Below, piece after piece: positions 9,153 through 16,246 of a stretch of DNA of 64,000 nucleotides. The notes beneath the pieces are model-generated. The model had not been told where the DNA came from and did no database searches. It was given only the letters and a program-made list of their open reading frames with translations. Numbering within the stretch: the stretch's first letter is position 1; the number at the start of each line of letters is the position of its first letter. Source of the DNA: Roseibacillus sp. (GTDB lineage: Bacteria > Verrucomicrobiota > Verrucomicrobiia > Verrucomicrobiales > Akkermansiaceae); NCBI GenBank assembly GCA_965242925.1, contig CBDEUM010000004.1, forward strand, positions 1 to 64,000, written 5' to 3'. The position numbers were made by a program, and so were the translations under genes.

Positions 9153-10016
9153 ATGGCTAGATTAGATTCAGACAGCAGTCTCCGCGTCTATCTCCGTGAG
9201 ATATCGAAAACCGATCTTCTCACCCCTGCGGAAGAGATCGTGCTCGCGGCGCGGATCAAGAAAGGGGATAAGAAAGCCCGGGCTCACATGATCAAGGCGA
9301 ACCTGCGTCTGGTTGTGAAGATTGCACAGGACTATTCGGGCTATGGGCTTCCCCTCGCCGATCTCATCTCGGAAGGAAATATCGGTCTGATGAAGGCAGT
9401 GGAGCGGTTTGACCCGGAGAAGGGAGGAAAACTCAGCACCTACGGGTCCTGGTGGATCAAACAGTCCATCAAGCGAGCACTGGCCAACCAGAGCAAGACC
9501 ATCCGGTTACCGGTTCACATGGTGGACAAGATTGCCAAGATGCGGCGGATTTCCGCCCTTATGACGGAGTGCATGGGACGGGAACCTTCCGAAGATGAGC
9601 TTGCGGAGGAACTTGGACTGCCGCGCCGGAAGCTCGCCCTCCTCACACGAGCCTCCCAGCGTCCTGTTTCCCTCGATGCACCCGTGAATGAGGACGAGTC
9701 AATCGGTCTCAGTGATATCATAGGTGATGAGCGGGCGCAGAGTCCGCTGGACGCTCTGGTCGATAAGAACATCCACAATCAACTTGATGACCTTCTGGAG
9801 GTACTCGATGAGCGTGAGCACCGCATCATCGGTGCCAGGTTCGGACTGAATGGTAAAAAACCAATGACTCTTGAAGAGGTTGGCAGAGAATTCGGGGTGA
9901 CCCGGGAACGAATCCGGCAGCTTCAGAACGTTGCGCTTGAAAAAATGCGTAAAGCGTTACGTAAAAAGGAAAAGCCGATTCCCAAGGCGGTTCAGGCCCC
10001 TTCGGGATTGGCTTGA
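9153..10016 (+). CDS. RNA polymerase sigma-70 factor, RpoD/RpoS-like, lacking region 1.1
   Basis: YLREI, ANLRLVV, DLISEGNIGLMKAVERFD, STYGSWWIKQ, TIRLPVH and TLEEVG..FGVTRERIRQ motifs. Confidence 0.95.
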   Translation: MARLDSDSSLRVYLREISKTDLLTPAEEIVLAARIKKGDKKARAHMIKANLRLVVKIAQDYSGYGLPLADLISEGNIGLMKAVERFDPEKGGKLSTYGSWWIKQSIKRALANQSKTIRLPVHMVDKIAKMRRISALMTECMGREPSEDELAEELGLPRRKLALLTRASQRPVSLDAPVNEDESIGLSDIIGDERAQSPLDALVDKNIHNQLDDLLEVLDEREHRIIGARFGLNGKKPMTLEEVGREFGVTRERIRQLQNVALEKMRKALRKKEKPIPKAVQAPSGLA

Positions 10017-10057
10017 TAAGATACAATCCCTTGCGATTGGGATTGCAGGTGTGAAGT

Positions 10058-10087
10058 GCGCCGGGGGTGCCCTCGGTGCTCTTTTTT
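10058..10087 (+). terminator. Rho-independent terminator after the sigma gene
   Basis: GC-rich stem GCGCCGGGG/CCTCGGTGC with G-U pairs, followed by TCTTTTTT. Confidence 0.6.
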
Positions 10088-10141
10088 GACCTTGAGCGGC
10101 AGCGCCGACGTTCCGGAGGACGGGAATTGATATAGCCAGGG

Positions 10142-11545
10142 CTACCAGTTGCTGGTGCCTCGCAGGGCTTCCAGGTCCTCGTTGTAGATATTGAATTCCA
10201 AGCGGGAAAAGGCGTTAAGCTTGAATTCCACTTCTCCAAAGGTCTGGCTGTATCCTTTGAGGCTATTCTTGGAGAAGGAGTCAAGGCGGAAGGTGATGCG
10301 CCCCCCCTCTCGCAACCAGGCCCGCACATCTCCCTTCTTGCGGATCGGTTCCTCGTAGTCACCCTGCGAAAGATCGATGGCGCGCATCCTGTCGACGGGA
10401 ATCTTCATCTTGCAGAACTCGGTTTCGACGGCGAGGACACCATTCTGGACGAGGCCGACTTCGCCGACCACAACGTCACCATTTTGCAGGCGGATTCTCT
10501 GACCGTCTAACTCTTCCTCTTCGGGGTCCTTCAGGACCTCGGCATTTTCCGGGAGGTCACCTTTCCAGGGACTGACCCGGATGCGGCTCACCTGGATGGG
10601 ATAGAAGTCTTCCGAGATAAAGTGCAGCCAGTTCCCGAAGGTTCCCGCCTTGGGGTTCTCGTCAGTCCATACCTGGGCCTGCCTGCCGTCGATGTAGAGA
10701 GCGATGGTGCCCGCCTTACGGTCGAGATAGAACTCAAACCGGACTTTTTCCTTTTCTGCCAGATCGGCAATGTTTGCCTGGCCTACGATCTTTGACCCGC
10801 CGGCAGCACGGGTGACCCAGCGTTTCCGGAGGTAAACAAAACGACGCTGGCACACGAGATCGTAGCAGTTATCGGGTTGGGTGGTTTCTCCTTCATCGGA
10901 GAGGAGAAGGACCCGGAAGCGAAGGGAACTGCGCCAGGCGAGGTCGAACTGGATGTGGCAACGATCGGGGGCTGGGATGTCACGGGCAATTCCGGCTCCT
11001 TTGGTCGATGAGAGAGCCCCGCTACTGAGGTTCCAGGCATCCTTTTCGCCTTCAATGACCCACGAATCAAAATCCTCCGGTCCGGAGTAGAGAGTTTGCC
11101 GTGAGCGCTGGATCTCAAGGTCTGAGGCCATCGTGCGGCGGATCTTCAGGTCCCCCCCGTACCAGGTTTTCAGGGTGACGTGATTTTCGTCGAGCGCGTC
11201 GAGCTGGCCCCGCAGGCTATCTCCATTGGTGAGGAGGAGAAGGGCCTGGTGGCCCTCGTCCTGCTTGGGCTGCGGCCCACCTTGCAATCGCATCTCCAGG
11301 ATGGCGGAGGGCTTTACCGGGATAGGCTGGTGGAGGAAGTCGGCGTGCCACTTCAGGTTCCCGTTTTCGTCGATACCCTCGGGTTTTCCGCTGAGTCGGT
11401 CACGATTGGCAAATTTGAGAGTGCCCGCCAGTTTGCTGGGGTTCCCGGCAGGGGGCAGGGGGGCGCCCCGTTCAGCATCGGCAGGTCCCTCCTGGGACAG
11501 GACGAACGTAGGAAGGAAGGTCAGGAGCAGGAGAGCTTTCTTCAT
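10142..11545 (-). CDS. Exported hypothetical protein, paralogue C of a tandem trio
   Basis: 467-aa ORF with signal peptide, NGD-type repeats and an ATGA overlap with the upstream gene. Confidence 0.85.
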   Translation of the reverse strand: MKKALLLLTFLPTFVLSQEGPADAERGAPLPPAGNPSKLAGTLKFANRDRLSGKPEGIDENGNLKWHADFLHQPIPVKPSAILEMRLQGGPQPKQDEGHQALLLLTNGDSLRGQLDALDENHVTLKTWYGGDLKIRRTMASDLEIQRSRQTLYSGPEDFDSWVIEGEKDAWNLSSGALSSTKGAGIARDIPAPDRCHIQFDLAWRSSLRFRVLLLSDEGETTQPDNCYDLVCQRRFVYLRKRWVTRAAGGSKIVGQANIADLAEKEKVRFEFYLDRKAGTIALYIDGRQAQVWTDENPKAGTFGNWLHFISEDFYPIQVSRIRVSPWKGDLPENAEVLKDPEEEELDGQRIRLQNGDVVVGEVGLVQNGVLAVETEFCKMKIPVDRMRAIDLSQGDYEEPIRKKGDVRAWLREGGRITFRLDSFSKNSLKGYSQTFGEVEFKLNAFSRLEFNIYNEDLEALRGTSNW

Positions 11546-12870
11546 GGTTCCGGTTTTTCTAGGGAATCCGCTTCCTTGGTGTGGACGAAAAGCCGTTCAA
11601 GAGAGCTGCGGTCGAGAGTGAGTTTTCCCAGCAGGGGGTGAGTGGCCTCCAGGACCTTCTCTTTCAGTGCCAGACTGGAGAACTGCAGCGTTCCGCCCCC
11701 TCGCAGATCGAAATGAATAGGAGCTTTTCCGTTGGGAGGATCGGGAGGGTGCTTGAAGTACAGTGATGAAATCCTGGTGGTGCGAACCTTGAGAGGCTCA
11801 TTATTGAAGGGGCTTTCGAAGACTATGCGGGAATTCCCCTCATCCTCCTCAAGGGTGATGGCGCTTCCGCTGAGGTGCATGCCCTCCACGTCGACCAGTC
11901 CATCGGTTTGAGGATCTTCGTGTCCTTCGTCCCTCCGCAACTCGGTGATGGCATCCCATTCATAGACTTCGAGGCGAGTGATGATGTTCTTTAGGTCGCC
12001 GCCTGCCTGGCTCTGCAGCATGATGCCGGTGCCGGTGGGGAAGCTGTCTATGGGATCCGGAGTGCGCTGGAGCTTCTCGCCGTTGAGGTAGACGTAAATC
12101 TGCCGACGAATCCGATCGACCCGCAACTCGACATCGACGCCGTGACCGCGAAACTCCTGTGGGCGACGGTGCGACTGCGCGAGGGTGTGCCAGCGCCGTC
12201 CGCCCTCGGCGGTCTGCCGTTTCAGTTGGGAGCCCATCGAGTTTATTTCGAAGTAGTAGCGGTCCGCGTTGCCTGTGCGCTTGAGGAAGTCGTCACAGAA
12301 GTAGAGGCGGAAGTTCGGACCGCTTTCCCATTCGAGTCGGAAACGCAGAATGAATTGGCGGGGCAACACATTCTTTGCCGCAATTGTTCCGCTGGTATTG
12401 CACGTTAGCTTGCCATTTTCCCATTCCCAGTCGTCGTTATCGATCCATTCGGAGAGCGGCTTGGGTCCGGCATAAACAAGTTTCTGAGGAGTCACACCAA
12501 AGTCGACGGATCTGATGTGAGCGCGTTCAATGGTTAGGTCATCTGCATACCATGTGCGGAACAGGATCTGCCTGTCGTTCAGGGCGCGTAGCGAACCGGG
12601 TAGAACGTCCCCGTTGACGAGATGGAGTAGTTCCGGTTCGCTGTGATTCTCGCCGGTTTCGACATCGAAGCGGATGGAGCGCAGGGCGCTTCCCCGCAGC
12701 TCAATGGGATCGTTACTGAACTCGGAATCGACCACGATCTTGTGGTTTCCCTCGATGGCGCGCACGTTTCCCCGCAGGGTGCTTCCGTCCTTAAGGCTGA
12801 TCCGATCTTCGGCCGACAGAGGAGGGGACGCGGCGAGCAGGCAGAGGAGGAGTTTGAGATTGGCGTTCAC
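11542..12870 (-). CDS. Exported hypothetical protein, paralogue B of a tandem trio
   Basis: 442-aa ORF, GTG start, signal peptide, same motif order as its neighbours. Confidence 0.85.
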   Translation of the reverse strand: MNANLKLLLCLLAASPPLSAEDRISLKDGSTLRGNVRAIEGNHKIVVDSEFSNDPIELRGSALRSIRFDVETGENHSEPELLHLVNGDVLPGSLRALNDRQILFRTWYADDLTIERAHIRSVDFGVTPQKLVYAGPKPLSEWIDNDDWEWENGKLTCNTSGTIAAKNVLPRQFILRFRLEWESGPNFRLYFCDDFLKRTGNADRYYFEINSMGSQLKRQTAEGGRRWHTLAQSHRRPQEFRGHGVDVELRVDRIRRQIYVYLNGEKLQRTPDPIDSFPTGTGIMLQSQAGGDLKNIITRLEVYEWDAITELRRDEGHEDPQTDGLVDVEGMHLSGSAITLEEDEGNSRIVFESPFNNEPLKVRTTRISSLYFKHPPDPPNGKAPIHFDLRGGGTLQFSSLALKEKVLEATHPLLGKLTLDRSSLERLFVHTKEADSLEKPEP

Positions 12871-12881
12871 AGTAGCGGTTA

Positions 12882-14522
12882 TCAGTAATCGTCGTCCCAG
12901 GAATCAAGAACGCTTGGTCCGAATGAAAATTCCATCAACCCGGCGTAGCGCAGATCGAGAGTGAGGTCTCCGAGGGCGGGATGATGAGCCCTCAGGCGGT
13001 CGGAGCTTGCTTCGACCGGGCGCATGGTGAGTCGCCCGTAGGGTTGCAGGAGGAGACGGATCCTCTGCCGACTGGTTTCCTCCTCGTCTTCACCGGTCTG
13101 CTTGGCCTTGGCCAGGCGGATTTCCTGCACTTGCTCGTGGGGCACTGTCATATCGGCATAGGTCCCCTTGATCAGGAATTTTCCATCCTGCAGGGATGCC
13201 AGTTTTCCTGAGAAGCGGTCGGTGCCGTTGGTGAGGAGAATGACGTCGCGATCCTCCGTTTCCATGCTTTGGGCGCTGTCGATCATTCCGTTCCAGGCGG
13301 TCACGACCACATCAGAAATCCGCAGGCGGGCAGCCGAATTCTGTGAAGCGAAAGCGAGGTAGGAGCCGGTTCCAACATAGCCCTGCCGGTCGTTCCACTG
13401 GCTCACGAAGCGACCGTCGGCAAAGAGGGCGATGGTGTCTGTTAAGCGATCGCAACGTAGTTCGAATTCTGCCTGACCGGCCTCCTCAAGGCGTAGGTTG
13501 GCGCTGGAATTGGAAAGCCGGTCCATGTCCGCTTCCCCCTCGTCAGTAAAGTCACAGCGGTAGATCTGCGCGTAATTGGAATAAATGGTGAGGACATAGC
13601 TGTGACCATAGGTGTAAGCAAAACCCTTGGTGCCTGCTCCATCGGGTTTGGCGATGGGCTTTTTCTCTTTCTCGTCATCTTCCCCCTTCTCCGGGGGCGT
13701 CTCGGGCTGCTTCATGGTGGCGTGAAAGGCGATGGCTGCATTGAGCCGGTTGCGCCAGGCCAGGGTGAAGCGAATGCGGACCTGGTCTGGCGACTTGGTA
13801 TCGATCGCAATGGGCAGCTGACTGTTGCTGTAGTAGGCTCCGCCACTGAATACCCAGGGGGGGGCGGACTCCTCCTCTTCCTGCTGCTCTTTCGCTGGCT
13901 GGTTCTCTTTCGCTGGCTGGTTCTCTTTCGCTGGCTGGTTCTCTTTCGCTGGCTGGTTCTCTTTCGCTGGTTGCTTCTCCTCTTCCTCCCTCTCTTTCGC
14001 TGGTTCGTTCTCCTCTTTCTTCTTTTCAGGAGGTTCGATCACGGTCCAGTCGTCACCTTTGAAAGGTCCGATGTAGTGAACCAGACCGCCATGAGGTCGG
14101 GGAGAGATCTGACTGACAAATTCCCGTGGGATGGAGACGTTTCCGGCGAACTCGGTCTCCATGACGAGATTCTCGGCGTTCAGACTGATGAGGGTGCCCG
14201 GAATGCGGTCGCCGTCCGTGAGTTGGATGTAGGAGGGGCTGCGGAGGCTTTTGCGGGAGCGTCCCCCGTGAAAGGAGAGGCGGCGGAGTTTCTGGGTCTT
14301 GAGAGTGATTGTATCCCGGGCCTCGGAATGGCGCCAGCGGAGGTCTCCCTCGCTCAGCCCAAGAAAGGCACCATGCAGGGAATCGCCATTCCGGAACCGG
14401 AGCAGGTCCTCCGGCTTTCCGGCCTCCTCCGCTGAGGCGGCGGAGAGAGAAAGTATTCCGCAGGCGATATATAATACTATAAACATAGTGCTATATGGTC
14501 CCCGTGGCGTGCTATTTTTCAT
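12882..14522 (-). CDS. Exported hypothetical protein, paralogue A of a tandem trio
   Basis: Start moved to ATG 14522 (or 14486) ahead of the signal-like MFIVLYIACGILSLSAASA; the longer ORF-track start lies inside the upstream gene. Confidence 0.8.
   Translation of the reverse strand: MKNSTPRGPYSTMFIVLYIACGILSLSAASAEEAGKPEDLLRFRNGDSLHGAFLGLSEGDLRWRHSEARDTITLKTQKLRRLSFHGGRSRKSLRSPSYIQLTDGDRIPGTLISLNAENLVMETEFAGNVSIPREFVSQISPRPHGGLVHYIGPFKGDDWTVIEPPEKKKEENEPAKEREEEEKQPAKENQPAKENQPAKENQPAKENQPAKEQQEEEESAPPWVFSGGAYYSNSQLPIAIDTKSPDQVRIRFTLAWRNRLNAAIAFHATMKQPETPPEKGEDDEKEKKPIAKPDGAGTKGFAYTYGHSYVLTIYSNYAQIYRCDFTDEGEADMDRLSNSSANLRLEEAGQAEFELRCDRLTDTIALFADGRFVSQWNDRQGYVGTGSYLAFASQNSAARLRISDVVVTAWNGMIDSAQSMETEDRDVILLTNGTDRFSGKLASLQDGKFLIKGTYADMTVPHEQVQEIRLAKAKQTGEDEEETSRQRIRLLLQPYGRLTMRPVEASSDRLRAHHPALGDLTLDLRYAGLMEFSFGPSVLDSWDDDY
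13887..13970. repeat. Coding tandem repeat, 18-bp unit x ~4.7 (QPAKEN)
   Basis: CTCTTTCGCTGGCTGGTT occurs four times perfectly, plus a 12-bp partial copy. Confidence 0.95.
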
Positions 14523-15504
14523 AGATGGGAAGAAAGCGGTAGTTGAGCGCGAGGGAGAGGAGGGCGCCTGCGGTGCTGAAGGCTGGTCCTTTGTTGCCGG
14601 GCCATGCCCCTTCGCGTGTCTGCAGGGTGGAAAGATAGCGAATGTTCTTGGCGTTCCACTCTCCCCATACCTCCTCATTGGCGTGGAAGAGAGCCTGGGA
14701 CATGTAATACTCGAAGTAGTATGGATAAAAGCGGTCCCGATAATTGAGGCGTCTGCTGAGATAGTTGAGACTGGCCTTATAGCCCTTGCTGTCCTTTTCC
14801 TTTGCCAGGGCCAGACAGAGTGATCCGATGGCGGTGAGAGTGGGCTTCCCGCTGCCAGCCGAGGTGTAGCCGTAGCCACCGTCTGATCCACGGCAGCGCT
14901 TGAGGAAGGCGTGGCCCTTCTTTAGCGCCTCCTCGGGGACGGGAATGCCGGCATTGCGGGCGGCGTAGAGGGCGACCATCTGAGCCCCGGTCACGGTGGT
15001 GTCAGCATCCTGGCTATCCGGGGTATAGCGCCAGGCACCCCGGTTGTTGCGTTCCTGTGCGCTCAGGATCAGTTCAACCGCGTTCTTGAGGGCGCGCGCT
15101 ACCTTCTCGTCGCGCAGAACGCCGTAGGCCTCCGCAAGGGCGAGGGTGGCGAAGCCATGGTTGTACATGCTGGATCCAATGTAGCCATTGCTCTCACTCT
15201 GGTTTTCCCTGATGAACTGGATGCCGCCGCGGATGTTCCCGGCGTAGGGGCCGTGGTTGGGATCCTCTCCGTGGGCAAGGAAAGCCATCACGCAGAGGCC
15301 TACCACGCCTGGTTCGCTCCCGTTGCGATCAGGCCAGTTCCCGTTCTTGGTCTGCGTGCTGGCAAGGAAGCGGAGGCCCTTCAAGTACATCTGGTCCACC
15401 TGGGGCGGGATGGGGTCGTCCTGTCGACGAGGGAGGGACTGGCTCCACGCCCTGTGAGGCGCCAGCAGGAAGGTCACCGCAGCGATTGCTAAGACGACTC
15501 TCAT
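14512..15504 (-). CDS. Exported prenyltransferase/squalene-oxidase repeat (alpha/alpha barrel) protein
   Basis: QW-like repeats (LASTQTKNGNW, LSAQERNNRGAWRY, LSTLQTREGAW), MYNHGFATLALAE and DTTVT motifs; signal peptide from ATG 15504. Confidence 0.88.
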   Translation of the reverse strand: MRVVLAIAAVTFLLAPHRAWSQSLPRRQDDPIPPQVDQMYLKGLRFLASTQTKNGNWPDRNGSEPGVVGLCVMAFLAHGEDPNHGPYAGNIRGGIQFIRENQSESNGYIGSSMYNHGFATLALAEAYGVLRDEKVARALKNAVELILSAQERNNRGAWRYTPDSQDADTTVTGAQMVALYAARNAGIPVPEEALKKGHAFLKRCRGSDGGYGYTSAGSGKPTLTAIGSLCLALAKEKDSKGYKASLNYLSRRLNYRDRFYPYYFEYYMSQALFHANEEVWGEWNAKNIRYLSTLQTREGAWPGNKGPAFSTAGALLSLALNYRFLPIYEK

Positions 15505-15508
15505 GTTT

Positions 15509-16207
15509 TCAGCGGCCCTTGTTGTAAGCATCAAGAGCCTTCTGGAATTCAGGCGGCAGATGGGAACCCGCCTTGCCGGCCTTCTTGCCGATCGTGCGCT
15601 CCTCCTTCTTGCCTTTGCCGGCGTCGGTGAATTCCTTGTTCGGCGAATCGGATTCGCCGTTCTGGCCTTCACCGGCCTGATTGCCCGCCTGTCCCTTTTT
15701 CTTTCCCTGCCCTTGGCCGGGATTCTTGCCCATCATTCGCTGCATCATGTCAAGCATGGCACCCATGCTCATTCCGCTGCTCGGTCATGTGCCGCCATTC
15801 TGCTGGGCTCGCTGCTTGGCTGCTTCGAAGATTTTTTCGATGATCTCGGTCTCCGCCGCGATGGTGGTTCCGCTGGTGTTGGGCTCGTCGAGAGAGCCAA
15901 TCACTTCGGCCATGATCTCTTCCACTCCCTCAAGCAGGGCGATAACCTTCTCATTCGTCTGTTCCTCGATGAGATCCTGGACATCCGCGGAGAGCTCATC
16001 CTGTTCTCCCGCCAGTTTCTGGGAGCCCTCTCTGTGTTTGGCTATGCTTTTCTTCTGATCCTCTGTCACAGGGTCGGGGTACTTGATTTCGGGAAGCTCG
16101 ATGGCAGGGGTGGGCTTGGGAGCTTCTTCATCCTTCTGAGCCAAGGCGGAGGGGATGAGGTTGCCGATTGCGAAAGGTGCCAGGATGGCTAGGTAGATTG
16201 GTTTCAT
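15509..16207 (-). pseudogene. Single exported helical, Gly/Gln-rich protein gene interrupted by one in-frame TGA at 15785-15787 (nonsense change, sequence error or recoding)
   Basis: ORFs 15785-16207 and 15509-15772 are in the same frame, separated only by TGA CCG AGC AGC GGA. Confidence 0.65.
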
Positions 16208-16246
16208 CTTATGGTCGGGGTCAGTTTGGATTGCGGGAAAGGGATA

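Noticed and set aside
13887..13970. CRISPR-like array
   Set aside because: Units are contiguous with no spacers and lie in frame within a CDS; no cas genes are present
14523..14891. N-terminal extension of the 669-aa ORF; similar extensions on rplI, aroB, asnS and frr
   Set aside because: These overlap neighbouring genes or precede the recognisable N-terminus or signal peptide; they are ORF-caller over-extensions
14512..15504. Squalene-hopene cyclase / terpene biosynthetic cluster
   Set aside because: Only a single barrel with a signal peptide, no DxDD motif and no isoprenoid genes adjacent
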